25,706 nucleotides of DNA from an uncultured Oligoflexus sp. (GCA_964236955.1 CAXSGP010000063.1:1-25706); one strand, 5' to 3'; shown: positions 1 to 10,128, numbered from the stretch's first letter. Made by a program: numbers and translations. Notes: generated by a model not told the origin, from the letters alone.

Positions 1-120
1 TTGTCGCCTTCTTGCTTGTCGCCTTTTTGCTTGTCGCCTTCTTGCTTGTCGCCTTTTTGCTTGTCGCCTTCTTGCTTGTCGCCTTCTTGCTTGTCGCCTT
101 CTTACTAGTCGTTTTTTTCA
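1..120. repeat. 15-bp tandem repeat (TTGTCGCCTTYTTGC), 6 near-perfect and 2 degenerate units visible
   Basis: Units start at 1, 16, 31, 46, 61, 76, 91 and 106. The C/T variation is a synonymous AAG/AAA Lys change in the KKATS frame. Confidence 0.97.
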
Positions 121-121
121 T
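1..121 (-). CDS. Lys/Ala/Thr/Ser-rich histone H1-like repeat protein, N-terminal part (runs off the window edge)
   Basis: Minus-strand ATG at 121 preceded by AAGGGGGAACAGCA (SD-like). Translates MKKTTS(KKATS)n with no stop before position 1. Absent from the ORF track because it is truncated. Confidence 0.75.
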   Translation of the reverse strand, partial: MKKTTSKKATSKKATSKKATSKKATSKKATSKKATSKKAT

Positions 122-822
122 TGCTGTTCCCCCTTACTTTTCTGATGGTCTAGTGCGCCTGTCACATGATTCCCGCTAGTTGACATTAGGGGCTGTTGAC
201 GTTTGGTTTCGCCGACGTCGGCCATCCTCAAAAAAGATGACTTTTTGATCCGAGTATCTATCGATCTGTAAAGGTGACCCTTGCTCAAGGACTACTGATG
301 TCCTTTGCATTGCCTTAGCCACCGGGCTTAGGCCTGGCCTTTAGCGTAATCTTGATCGTCGACCTGGAGGCCTTGCCCTTGTCCATTTTACCTCAGCTTA
401 GTCATGAAAAATTAGATGTCTATCAAAAATCCATTCCATTTCTCAGTCTCTCAGCAAAATTGCTGGCAAGCCTGCCCAAGGGATGAGCTGAACTCTGCGA
501 CCAGCTCAAACGCGCAGCTTTATCAGTACCTTTGACATCGCAGAGGCAAGCCCGCTGGTATAAAATGGCGATGCCCAGAATAAAGGGATCATTTTGTCAA
601 AAGTATCGGAATACTCTGGCCGAAATTTCTTAAAAAGGAATTTTTTTTCCATCTAACAACTGCTGGGCTTAGCTTAGAGCCGATCGGCGAATCTTTGCCC
701 GCGTCATACTCCTGTTAGGGTTTTTTAAAACTTCCCCTTCAAGAATTGAAAAGTCAGTATAAAGTATGTGATTCTTGTTGGCCTATGCCGCCAAATTTTC
801 TGAAAACCATGGGGGCCGAGCT

Positions 823-1662
823 ATGAATGAATACGAATTAAAATTTGTTGCTGAGGCGGCACAGTTTCTGGACAGTCCCAGTCTGATGCTGAAGCTAAGC
901 AATCTGCTTGGCAAACCGATCGAACTGATGCAAAGGCAACTGCCGGAAAAAGCTCAGGCCTATTTGACTAAGACTGTTGAAAAATCATTGCATACAGCGC
1001 TTAGAGTCGCTGTTTTCACAATAGGTTCGGAAGCCAAAGCGAGGACGAGCTGGGGCGCTATTGTCCATCAATCAAAAGTTTCCGGCTGGGCTCACACAGC
1101 CGGAGTCGCCGCAACCGGCGCAGTCGGCGGCTTTTTTGGATTGGCAGCTCTGCCCTTGGAGCTCCCCGTATCCACTACAGTGATTATGCGGGGCATCTCC
1201 AGCGCGGCATCGGAATGGGGCTTTGACATCAAAGATGCTTCGGTGCAGCTCCAGTGCATCTATGTCTTTACCCTGGGGACAGCAGAACCAGGTTCCATTG
1301 AAAAATCACCTTATCTGACTTCGCGCCTGGCCTTCTCGAAGGTCATTCGTGAAGCAGCTGCCTATGTCGGGCAATACTCAGCACGTGAACTCTTTGCAGC
1401 CCTTGAAAAAGGTGCGGCCAGCGTCTTTACCCGCTTTATAGCTCAGGTCGCGGCGCGCTTTGAAATAGCTGTCACCGAAAAACTTCTCGCCAGCGCGATT
1501 CCTATCGCTGGAGCGGTAGGCGGTGCGGCGATCAATGCCGCTTTCTGCGACTACTATGTGTCGGCCGCGCGTTTTCATTTTGGATTGATCCACCTTGAAA
1601 AACTCCATGGAGCGGCCGCTGTGCAAAAAGCGTTTCAAGCTTCCTCCCTTGCCGCCCGGTAG
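823..1662 (+). CDS. EcsC family protein
   Basis: Motifs GAVGGFFGLAALPLELPVSTTVIMR and IPIAGAVGGAAINAAF..Y...ARFHF are typical of EcsC. ATG 823 after GGGGG preferred over TTG 775. Confidence 0.85.
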   Translation: MNEYELKFVAEAAQFLDSPSLMLKLSNLLGKPIELMQRQLPEKAQAYLTKTVEKSLHTALRVAVFTIGSEAKARTSWGAIVHQSKVSGWAHTAGVAATGAVGGFFGLAALPLELPVSTTVIMRGISSAASEWGFDIKDASVQLQCIYVFTLGTAEPGSIEKSPYLTSRLAFSKVIREAAAYVGQYSARELFAALEKGAASVFTRFIAQVAARFEIAVTEKLLASAIPIAGAVGGAAINAAFCDYYVSAARFHFGLIHLEKLHGAAAVQKAFQASSLAAR

Positions 1663-1668
1663 GCTTGT

Positions 1669-2442
1669 TCAACCTTTCCATCGCCCGATGAAATGCACAT
1701 AGCGGGCGATATCCCGATAAGGTGAAAGTTGGCGATAGCGCCGCTCGAGCAAAAGTATTTGCTCGTAGCTACGTTTGTCACGAACCTCTGGCGTTATAAA
1801 ATCATAAAAGCAACGCAGACCTGCCTGCAATTCCACTTCAAAGCCCAAGTCCCGCAAGCGGGCGTTTACACGCTCGGGTTCGATAGGATGGGGTGGCGTC
1901 ATGCTCCTGGCCGATTCGCCCGAAAAATTTTGCTCGAGTATCTTATAGAAATCACCCTTGATCAAGCCGTTGAAAATGGTCCGATGCAGGTTATAGACGG
2001 TAAGGGATACAAAGCCTCCAGGCTTTAGGGATTTGGCCAGACTATCCAGAACCTCATAGGGCTGCGCCAGCCATTCCATAACCGCATGAATGCAGATGAG
2101 ATCATACTGCTCCTTGCCCGTGAGAACATCCTGCAGAGGCAACTGTTGCACGGTGATCTGATGGCGGAGCCCCTGCTCTTCGGCCAGGGTGCGCGTATGC
2201 TCAACCATTTTACTTGCGATGTCGGTTGCGGTAACCTGGTGACCCTTTTGCGCCAGCCAGATACTCATGTCCCCGAGCCCCGCACCGGCATCTAACACTT
2301 TGAGGCCGGCAGTATTGAGATCGGGAATAGTTTGTTCCAAATCCTCCCTGATCAGAGTTTCGCGCAATCGACCCTTATCTGATCCCTTTATGTTTCTATG
2401 AAAGCGTTCAAATAGATCATCAAAATTTCGATCCGTAAGCAT
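1669..2442 (-). CDS. cmoM: tRNA cmo5U34 methyltransferase-like (CmoM/SmtA) class I SAM methyltransferase
   Basis: N-terminal DRNFDD..ERF.RNI.GS.KG.LR, SAM motif VLDAGAGLG, HAVMEWL and C-terminal PY..IARYVH resemble E. coli SmtA/CmoM. Start at ATG 2442 or TTG 2454. Confidence 0.75.
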   Translation of the reverse strand: MLTDRNFDDLFERFHRNIKGSDKGRLRETLIREDLEQTIPDLNTAGLKVLDAGAGLGDMSIWLAQKGHQVTATDIASKMVEHTRTLAEEQGLRHQITVQQLPLQDVLTGKEQYDLICIHAVMEWLAQPYEVLDSLAKSLKPGGFVSLTVYNLHRTIFNGLIKGDFYKILEQNFSGESARSMTPPHPIEPERVNARLRDLGFEVELQAGLRCFYDFITPEVRDKRSYEQILLLERRYRQLSPYRDIARYVHFIGRWKG

Positions 2443-2662
2443 TGGGGACCCCAAATCTCATAGCTGTGATGTTAACATGATCAATCCTGACCAAATCCTC
2501 CGGGAGCCCCTGCCGAAAATCAGTCATGATTTTTTAAAGGCAGGCAAATGGACCGGAATAGACCTGAATTTCAAGTAAGATACTCGGCACGTGACGCATT
2601 CTTCATATTCTTCGAATCTTGGCCGATAACCACTATGGGCACCAATTAGAGGAAAAACACAA

Positions 2663-3526
2663 ATGAAAAAATTATTCCCTCGAATCATGGTTCTAGGCCT
2701 ACTCGCAGAGCTATCGGCATCGTGTGGCGAAACTGTCAATTACGACACAGAAGAAAAAGCAGCAGCCGCTCTTATCCTTCCCAACGCAGCAGCTAGCGAT
2801 AACGCAGTGGGCTCTAACCCTTCCATAGACTCAGATAGCAACGCACCAGGTTCCAGTGATCCCCTTGCCAATGGCAATGGGACAAATGAAGGAAATAACG
2901 CCAACACCGTGGGTAATGAAGTACCCGCCGCATGTTTCACCCGAACGATGCAGGTAAAACAGGATACGCTGCTCTTTCCGGAAATCCCCCAGGGTACAAC
3001 CTGCAGCTTTGGAAGCAACGGCAACCTTTCGAGGAAGGATGGCTTCTTTCGCGCCTATCTTCGCCAGACTCAAGTTGTCTCATTGCCTGAAGGCGCCATA
3101 CTCTGCGGCATCACGCTTGACCATCAGCCTGCTGCGATGCGCTATGACGATGAGATGTTTTTCTCCGTCAACAATAAGCTCCTTCTCGCGACGAAAGATT
3201 ATAGCGAAATCTTTCCGAAAACTGATTTTTTCCTAAGCTTTTCCTGGGACAATCTGGTCAACAAGACTTATGATTCCCTGGATGAACGCAAAGTCTTCTG
3301 CGCCGGCGCCGAGGAAGGGATCAGCAGCTGCGTGGTTCCCGCCACTGAAACTCAGGGCAACATTGAAATGAAATTCAGCGAGCAGATGAATGCCCAACTT
3401 TCCCAAGCCCTGCGGGCTGATAAAGACCTCACGTTTGAATGGATTACGACAGGCGACAACGATAATTCCGACTGTCGCCATACTGAAATAGATCTGGGCC
3501 TGGAACTTCGTTACGTAATGCCCTAA
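2663..3526 (+). CDS. Putative lipoprotein with Asn/Ser/Gly-rich linker and Cys-containing C-terminal domain, function unknown
   Basis: SD AGAGGA; MKK plus hydrophobic stretch plus lipobox-like LSASC; low-complexity linker; folded C-terminal region with several Cys. Confidence 0.8.
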   Translation: MKKLFPRIMVLGLLAELSASCGETVNYDTEEKAAAALILPNAAASDNAVGSNPSIDSDSNAPGSSDPLANGNGTNEGNNANTVGNEVPAACFTRTMQVKQDTLLFPEIPQGTTCSFGSNGNLSRKDGFFRAYLRQTQVVSLPEGAILCGITLDHQPAAMRYDDEMFFSVNNKLLLATKDYSEIFPKTDFFLSFSWDNLVNKTYDSLDERKVFCAGAEEGISSCVVPATETQGNIEMKFSEQMNAQLSQALRADKDLTFEWITTGDNDNSDCRHTEIDLGLELRYVMP

Positions 3527-3571
3527 GTAAAACTGTTGCCGATTACCTATTAGAGAAAAAGGACTTGAGCC

Positions 3572-4720
3572 ATGGAAAGGCTTGATTTAATGAAAATTCC
3601 CCGACATCTGTTGATCCGGACCTATGGGACCATCAGTGTCGTCTTGTCCGCTTTGCACCCACAAACAGCCCTTGCGGAGGGCATCCGAGACCTCAGTATC
3701 TTCGGCGAAGTAGCCGGAGGCTATACCTCTATCGTTCCTGATACCGGTGCCGAGACAAGTAAAAACGGCTACCATTTACTGCTCACGGGCTTTGCCGAGC
3801 TGGCTTCCAAAAAATGGATTTATCAGGCCGGTGGCGGACTTTTTTACAGCCGCATCTATAGCGATGGTGAAAAGGAATATTCTAATCCCATAAGCAACAC
3901 TGTTAAAAAACAGAAAAACCTGCGTATTGAAACCCGTGCGGGCGACCTTGAGATCGCCAGCCGCTACACATTCGCCGAGTTTTGGGAGGCTGGCCTCATC
4001 GCCCATGCCCTCTTTGGTTCCTCCCTATCCTTCAGCCAGGAAAAAGACGAGTCCACCAAAATCTTTGCAGGCCCACAGGTTGTTTATCGTATGGGCCAGG
4101 TGTCTGGCTGGATCAGACGCCTTGATGTCAGTCTCACTAGCGATTTTAATGTGCCCGAGCGCCGCGTTTATCTCCTAACGGCTGGTTTTGCCCTCGGTAA
4201 GACCTTCCGACGGGAAGAGGAAGCTCCACCATTGCCTCCCACTGCTCCTCCCTCGCCTCCAGCCCGTCTTCCTCCTTCACCTCCGGCCGCAGAGGATCGC
4301 TATGAAGAGGTTCTTGCTGATAAGATCATTAATTTCCCAAGCGGAAGTGCCGTGGTGCAGGGTGCGGCTTTACCCTTTCTCAAGGAACTCGGACAATTTC
4401 TTAAAGCGAATCCTACGCTCTGGAATCAAATCGATGTTGAAGGCCACACCGACGCCAACGGCAAGCTTTCCTACAATATGAAACTGTCGAAAGACCGAGC
4501 GGCTGCCGTGCGTAAAGTCTTAGTCGATGAAGGGACTGATAACACTCACATCACGGCCGCAGGCTTCGGACCAACCCGACCGCTGGTGAAAGAGGACAGT
4601 GCGGAGTCGCGTGCCACCAATCGCCGCGTGGTAATGGCCTTTAATGTCAAAGGGCACGAACAAAGAAACAGTCTCAGTACAAAGATTAAAGAACTGAGAA
4701 AAAAATACTTCAAAGAATAG
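3572..4720 (+). CDS. OmpA family outer membrane protein (beta-barrel, Pro-rich linker, OmpA-like peptidoglycan-binding domain)
   Basis: Signal peptide ending ALA, amphipathic beta strands, PPLPPTAPPSPP linker, VEGHTD..G...YN..LS..RA and NRRV motifs. Confidence 0.93.
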   Translation: MERLDLMKIPRHLLIRTYGTISVVLSALHPQTALAEGIRDLSIFGEVAGGYTSIVPDTGAETSKNGYHLLLTGFAELASKKWIYQAGGGLFYSRIYSDGEKEYSNPISNTVKKQKNLRIETRAGDLEIASRYTFAEFWEAGLIAHALFGSSLSFSQEKDESTKIFAGPQVVYRMGQVSGWIRRLDVSLTSDFNVPERRVYLLTAGFALGKTFRREEEAPPLPPTAPPSPPARLPPSPPAAEDRYEEVLADKIINFPSGSAVVQGAALPFLKELGQFLKANPTLWNQIDVEGHTDANGKLSYNMKLSKDRAAAVRKVLVDEGTDNTHITAAGFGPTRPLVKEDSAESRATNRRVVMAFNVKGHEQRNSLSTKIKELRKKYFKE

Positions 4721-4757
4721 GCCGCGAATCGAAACCTCTGCCTCAGTCCGAAAATCA

Positions 4758-4781
4758 GGGCGCCGGAAACGGCGGCCTTTT
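4758..4781 (+). terminator. Probable intrinsic terminator between convergent ompA-like and hydrolase genes
   Basis: GCCG-GAAA-CGGC hairpin with outer GGC/GCC pairing followed by TTTT. Confidence 0.55.
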
Positions 4782-5696
4782 CTAGCGGCTGCTCAAAGCG
4801 CGATGTTTTTTGAGCGTATCGTTATAAAAACCTGTGATTAACCTATAAAACCGTTCCGGTTCGCAAACGTTGTAGTCCCCGTGTCCGGCCTCGGGAAAAA
4901 TCGCGATTGCCTTCGGATAACCGGCCGCTTCAAACAGCTCCCTGGCACGGTTTGGTGGCACCAAGGCATCCTGAGATCCTGTAATCAAAAGGATCGGCCT
5001 ATCCTTTAACGACTTTATCGTCTCCCTCGCGGGTTGGGAGTATTTACTGGAGCCAACCCATCGCATAGCCAGGTAACGGAGCTTAGCCGTGAACAGGCCC
5101 CTTAGACCACCCCCACTTTCATCCTGCGCGAGCTCGTATAACGAGGCCGGAGTTCCGGCAAGGACCAGCGAAGCGATCCGTGGGTCATTGATGGCTTGTC
5201 TCAAGGCAAAGATACCGCCGAGCGAAAAACCATAAATTCCAAGCCGGGAGGAATCGACTTCGGGACGTTTCACCAGCCAATCCAAGGAAGCCTTCACATC
5301 CATCACTTCTTTCTCGCCGAAGCCGATCACGCTGCCTTCTGATTCACCATGGGCCCTCGTATCATAGGCTAACACCCCGAACCCATCAGTCTTCAACCTG
5401 AGTGCAAGGGGAAGGAGTTGATTGCGATTGCCACTGTAACCATGGAGCAGAACTATTGTTTTGCCATTTTGAGTCGGGCTGTACCAGGCGGAGAGTTTAA
5501 CCCTATCATCTGTCGTAAAATCTACGGTCTGCCAGCCGGACTCTGGCCTGGTGACCTTGGACCGCGCGGGTTCAAAGGCCATAAACTCATGACGAATGAG
5601 AAAGAAAGACTCAAAAATCAGGTAGATAAAGGCAAGAGGCAAAACCACTTGTATCCACCGGCGCCCGCTTACGAAATTTTGCCTCGACAGAATCAA
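4782..5696 (-). CDS. Membrane-anchored alpha/beta hydrolase
   Basis: N-terminal TM helix, LLHGY oxyanion motif, GFSLGG nucleophile elbow, GSQD and GHG catalytic Asp/His. Confidence 0.92.
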   Translation of the reverse strand: MILSRQNFVSGRRWIQVVLPLAFIYLIFESFFLIRHEFMAFEPARSKVTRPESGWQTVDFTTDDRVKLSAWYSPTQNGKTIVLLHGYSGNRNQLLPLALRLKTDGFGVLAYDTRAHGESEGSVIGFGEKEVMDVKASLDWLVKRPEVDSSRLGIYGFSLGGIFALRQAINDPRIASLVLAGTPASLYELAQDESGGGLRGLFTAKLRYLAMRWVGSSKYSQPARETIKSLKDRPILLITGSQDALVPPNRARELFEAAGYPKAIAIFPEAGHGDYNVCEPERFYRLITGFYNDTLKKHRALSSR

Positions 5697-6235
5697 AAAT
5701 CCACCTGACTAACGTAACGAGTTTTTTTCAAATAAAAAACTCTTGATAAGCCATCAAGTATAGCCTTTAGCTTGAGATTGCAAGCGTTAGTAAGGAAGGT
5801 TCTCGGGCATGGCCTGTCATGCGACCGGACTCTCTGGGTAACACCAAGACTGCGCAAAACCAATTCATGAGCCGGTCCCATTCACGCTGGAGTCTTGCCC
5901 TGTGGAGGCGAAAACGCATCAGATTTGGCCCGTGTGTATGCTGTTCGCGATGATCCCATCGCTAAGACTAAAGCCCGAGAACGGGCAAATTGTGGCGGCG
6001 CCTACGATTGGAGGGTGCCTAGCGAGAATCAAAGAACGAATTTTATCAAAAAGCATCGAAGTCCTTGGCATTGAGAACTCTAAGAAGCCTAGAACTCGCG
6101 TCCGAGCTAGAAGAGATTCGACTCGATTTGGTAAAAAACCGATAGACCGGGCCGCGGCCTAGAATCAAATGCTGAAACCTAAGCTAAGCATGGGCTCAAT
6201 TCCGGATCGTTACGCAGATCCTGGGAAGGATCTGT

Positions 6236-8869
6236 TTAATTCATTTCGCCAATGGACATGAGTTGCAGCAGCGGTCGTCCTGCCTCACGCGATCGTTTAC
6301 GATCAATGTGAAAGACTATACGCCAATCGTTAAAGTCATAGGGGTCGATAAGGGTTTGTTCCACCTTCCAGCCCGAGCCATCAGAGTCTGGGGTCACGCG
6401 ACAGTGCTGCGGGTGACGCGCGTTTCTATCGGTAAGAATCTGTCTTCGCTCGGGATAAAATAAAGCAAGCGCCGCCTCGATGCCGGCCGGAGTCCATGCC
6501 GCCGCTGCCTCCTCTTCAAGCGGCTCTGGATTGTTGAAAGCCAAGGCCCCTTCATAATCACGAGCGGCCAAAGCCCGGAGGAAACGAAAGACGTCATTGC
6601 GGATCAGGACCGTAAAGGCCCGCATGTCTTTAGTAACGTCAGGCGCCTCAATCCTGTCTTTTTCATCTTCATCTGCAGCGAGCATCGAGGCACTGACGAA
6701 GTTAGGATTTCGCATCCGCTCCCATTCATCCAGCAGGCTTGAGTCGATGTTGCGAATCATGGTTCCGAAATAATCGATAATCGCCTCAACTTCATCACTT
6801 CTATAGGACTCGGGAACAGTCTGCACCAGGACCTTGTAGACTTCGGTCAAATAGCGCAGCAAGAGGCCTTCGGCGCGTTGCTGATCATAGTCCCGGATGT
6901 ATTCGTCGAAGCTCTGAAAGGTCTCATACATTTCACGAGCGATGGATTTGGGTCTGATATTTTCATTGCCGACCCAAGGGTGGGCCGCCGCAAAGGTATT
7001 GAAAGTATCATAGATAAAATCGCGGTTGGGCTTCGGATACTCCATCTTTTCCAGTTCCGCAATCCGCTCTTCGTATTCGATCCCGTCCGCTTTCATTTCC
7101 GCCATCTTAAGCGTTTTAAGGCGGTCGAGTTGTTTGCGTAGGATAATCTCGGGGTTTTCAAGTATTGATTCCACTAGGGTCAGGAGATCAAGCGGAAAAT
7201 CCTCGGCATAGGGATCCATAAGCTTGAGGGTATCAAGCAGGTAGAGTGAGAGTGTCTGATTCAAGGAGAAATCGGTCTGGAGGTTTTTATCGATCAGCAG
7301 CTTTTTATGCCGACTCTCGGCCGTCACTTCAAATTGAATGATACCCCGTTCAACCAGCGAGCGAAACATTTGAAACGCCGTCTTGCTCAATTGTCTTTTG
7401 GACTGCGGGCTCTCGTGACTTTCCTTAATTAACTGCCGCATCGCCCGACAGCCATCGCCCGGCCGACTGAGAATATTCAGCAGCATCGCATGCGAGACAT
7501 TAAACCTCGAAACCAGGGGCTCGGCAGGCGCGGCTATGAGTTTATTGAAGGTATTCACGTCCCAATGCACATAGCCCTTTTCAGGCGGCTTTTTGCGAAC
7601 GATCTTTCGCAACTTTTTAGGATCCCCACCCGCCTTGGCCTCCAGCATCCGGTTTTCTGCCACATGCTCCGGCGTTTGCACAACGACCGAGCCCAGGTTA
7701 TCGAAGCCTTTCCGACCTGCCCGCCCACTGATCTGTTGAAAATCACGGGCGCTTAAAATTGTCGACTTGCTGCCATCGAATTTGCACATCTTGGTGAAGA
7801 GCACCGTTCGAATGGGAACGTTGACTCCAACCCCAAGCGTGTCCGTCCCACTGATGATCTTCAGCAGACCTTTTTGGGCAAGCTGTTCAACGAGCAGCCG
7901 ATACTTGGGAAGAAGTCCCGCATGGTGGAGGCCAATGCCGTGTCTGAGCGTCTTTTGGATTTCCTTGCCGTATGGACTTGAGAATTTGGTATGGGTCAAG
8001 GCTGCGGCGATGGCCTGTTTTTCTTCTTTCGTCGAAAAATCCATCGACATGAGATTCTGAGCTTCCTCAGCGGCATCGCGCTGCGTGAAGTTCACGAGAT
8101 AAATAGGGGTTTTGCCTTCACCGACAAGCTTTCGTATCGTCTCATGCAAAGGCGTTTCCTGATAGACGAAATCGAGCGGCACGGGCCGCTGGTTGCTGCG
8201 AACAACGGCAGTCGGACGTTTGGTCAAATCGTTCAAGACCTTTTCAAAGAAATCGGTTTCCCCAAAGGTGGCGGACATGAGAAGAAAGCGGGCTCTAGGC
8301 ATTGTGAGCAGCGGAATCTGCCAGGCGACACCACGGTCTCGATCCGCATAATAATGAAACTCATCCATGATCACATCATCGACGGAGGCGTCGACGCCCT
8401 CGCTGAGAGCAATATTCGAAAGAATTTCAGCGGTGCAGCAGAGTATAGGGGCATTTCGGTTCACCGTCGCGTCACCGGTGATCATTCCGACTTGATCCGC
8501 CCCGAAGTCCTGACAGAGAGCGAGAAATTTTTCGTTGACGAGAGCCTTGATCGGACAGGTATAGACGGAACGCCGTCCATGAGCGAGCGAGAGAAAATGC
8601 AGGGCAGTCGCGACCAGGGATTTGCCCGAGCCGGTCGGGGTATTGAGGATAACGTTTCCACCCTCGAAGAGGGCAAGAATAGCCTCCTCCTGAGCAGGAT
8701 AAAGCTCCACGCCGCGCTCTTTCACATAGTCCAGGAAGAGATCCAAGAGCTCACTACTATCTGCCAACATGCCATGAGGTGGCAAGCGGCGAAACAATGG
8801 CGCTAAGGGGATTTGATTCTCACTGTTTTTGTTTTCTACGCCTACACTCACAAAAAACTCCTCAATCAC
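6236..8869 (-). CDS. Ski2-like SF2 DEAD/DEAH-box helicase with DUF3516-type C-terminus
   Basis: [49 protein letters not shown] and DSSLLDEWE are typical of this family. Start codon uncertain. Confidence 0.93.
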   Translation of the reverse strand: MIEEFFVSVGVENKNSENQIPLAPLFRRLPPHGMLADSSELLDLFLDYVKERGVELYPAQEEAILALFEGGNVILNTPTGSGKSLVATALHFLSLAHGRRSVYTCPIKALVNEKFLALCQDFGADQVGMITGDATVNRNAPILCCTAEILSNIALSEGVDASVDDVIMDEFHYYADRDRGVAWQIPLLTMPRARFLLMSATFGETDFFEKVLNDLTKRPTAVVRSNQRPVPLDFVYQETPLHETIRKLVGEGKTPIYLVNFTQRDAAEEAQNLMSMDFSTKEEKQAIAAALTHTKFSSPYGKEIQKTLRHGIGLHHAGLLPKYRLLVEQLAQKGLLKIISGTDTLGVGVNVPIRTVLFTKMCKFDGSKSTILSARDFQQISGRAGRKGFDNLGSVVVQTPEHVAENRMLEAKAGGDPKKLRKIVRKKPPEKGYVHWDVNTFNKLIAAPAEPLVSRFNVSHAMLLNILSRPGDGCRAMRQLIKESHESPQSKRQLSKTAFQMFRSLVERGIIQFEVTAESRHKKLLIDKNLQTDFSLNQTLSLYLLDTLKLMDPYAEDFPLDLLTLVESILENPEIILRKQLDRLKTLKMAEMKADGIEYEERIAELEKMEYPKPNRDFIYDTFNTFAAAHPWVGNENIRPKSIAREMYETFQSFDEYIRDYDQQRAEGLLLRYLTEVYKVLVQTVPESYRSDEVEAIIDYFGTMIRNIDSSLLDEWERMRNPNFVSASMLAADEDEKDRIEAPDVTKDMRAFTVLIRNDVFRFLRALAARDYEGALAFNNPEPLEEEAAAAWTPAGIEAALALFYPERRQILTDRNARHPQHCRVTPDSDGSGWKVEQTLIDPYDFNDWRIVFHIDRKRSREAGRPLLQLMSIGEMN

Positions 8870-9041
8870 GCATTATCGCTAGCTAGGCATCCTATAGAGC
8901 CCAACGAGCCCTCGCTTTGTATCATAAATCGGCAATTTTTGGAGGCTAGACTTCATCGAAAGCTGGGTATTTAAGGGATAGATGACTCTGGAGCCTGACT
9001 GAGAACGCGCCTTGCCGCGTGATTTAGACGCAATTCATTCT

Positions 9042-9069
9042 TGAGGCGGGGTTCTAGAACTCCCGCTCA
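9042..9069. terminator. Inverted repeat downstream of the DUF72 gene
   Basis: GCGGG-GTTCTAGAAC-T-CCCGC around a 10-bp palindrome; no clear U-tract. Confidence 0.35.
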
Positions 9070-9100
9070 CAGCTCAATGGGAAGATAAGTCCCGAAAGTC

Positions 9101-9898
9101 TTAAATTGAAAGTGAGTTGTCGCGAGCCTCTGCTGATGGGTGATCCGCCGTATGGTGATGACGTCCCTTGATCAGATCCGTCATTTCCAGGGCATTCTGA
9201 GTCGCCCAACCAAAAGTCGTGTTATCAAAAATAACCCACACCGATCGATAGTCGCCGGCATACGTTTCAAGCCTGGCTTTGAGTGCGACGAGTTGTTCGA
9301 CATTATAACGGCTTTCATAGATTACCGGCGATCCGTGCCAGCGAACGTAACAAAGCTCTTTCGAAGCCTTTTGAAACTCCTCTCCGCTTGCGCAGGGCTC
9401 GGGATCGGCGATGACTTTCCCCACCTGAAAGTCATTAAGCACCTGCAATGCCTCAGTCGTTACCCAAGTGCGATGCCGTGGTTCGATCACTAATGCGCCC
9501 GGATAGATGGCGCGCAGCTGCTTGAAGAACGTTCGCGCGGTCTTTTCATGAAAGGCCATTTTAGGCGGGAGCTGCACTAAAATCACACCAAGTTTCGCCC
9601 CTAGTTTCATAATGCCTTCAACCACGGTCCGCAGTGCAGAAGCATCGACCGCGAGATAGTCTTCATGAGTGAAAACTCGCGATAGTTTCACGGCAAAGCG
9701 AAAATTGGCCGGTGTAACCCGCGCCCACTTTTCGTAGGTCTCCGGTTTATGGTCACGATAAAAGGCAGTATTGATTTCCACACAGTTAAGAATCTGACTG
9801 TATCGCTCCAGCTGGGACCCTTCACTGCTAAAAACATTTTTTAGGGCTTTAGGCACTGCCCATGCGGCGGTTCCAATGAAAAGAGATCGAGTGTCCAT
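9101..9898 (-). CDS. DUF72 (YecE-like) protein
   Basis: IGTAAW, VEINTAFYR, FRFAVKL...FTH, LVQLPP, IEPRH.TW, YVRWHG, VIFDN. ATG 9898 has SD AAGGA. Confidence 0.92.
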   Translation of the reverse strand: MDTRSLFIGTAAWAVPKALKNVFSSEGSQLERYSQILNCVEINTAFYRDHKPETYEKWARVTPANFRFAVKLSRVFTHEDYLAVDASALRTVVEGIMKLGAKLGVILVQLPPKMAFHEKTARTFFKQLRAIYPGALVIEPRHRTWVTTEALQVLNDFQVGKVIADPEPCASGEEFQKASKELCYVRWHGSPVIYESRYNVEQLVALKARLETYAGDYRSVWVIFDNTTFGWATQNALEMTDLIKGRHHHTADHPSAEARDNSLSI

Positions 9899-10094
9899 GA
9901 TAGTGTTCCTTAAAAATCCCACATGCAGGCAGGTCCGATCAAAGGTCTTAACGCATAAACTTAAGACATCCGAAAATTCCTTGTCAACAAAGTCGCAGTT
10001 TCCACTATTAAAATTACCAGTGATTACTGGAGTATAGAGGATTCTTGCGATCAGGAAACCTCAAGAGAAGGTCTTAGCCAAAAACCTCAGCCTC

Positions 10095-10128
10095 AAAAAA
10101 AACGCCGGGACCAGGCAGGCCGACGTTT
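10095..10128 (-). terminator. Intrinsic terminator of the lipid A acyltransferase gene
   Basis: Minus strand AAACGTCGG-loop-CCGGCGTTT running into an 8-T tract, about 20 nt after the stop codon. Confidence 0.8.

Noticed and set aside
1..120. Repeat as a CRISPR array, or as a GDKQE/GDKQK-coding frame
   Set aside because: Units are head-to-tail with no spacers. The ATG with SD is in the KKATS frame, where the variation is synonymous.
187..215. TAGGGGCTGTTGACGTTTGG resembles an IS or MITE terminal sequence
   Set aside because: I found no matching inverted partner or transposase in the window.
2600..2630. GCCGATAA (sigma-28-like -10) upstream of the lipoprotein, with similar GCCGAT words near 3538, 11218 and 11289
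   Set aside because: No convincing TAAA -35 element at canonical spacing; would need a genome-wide motif model.
5693..6235. ORFs 5693-5881 (-) and 5902-6162 (+) in the hydrolase-helicase gap
   Set aside because: No recognisable motifs or convincing start signals; likely spurious.
7991..8806. 271-aa plus-strand ORF
   Set aside because: Antisense shadow of the conserved helicase core; no protein-like motifs.
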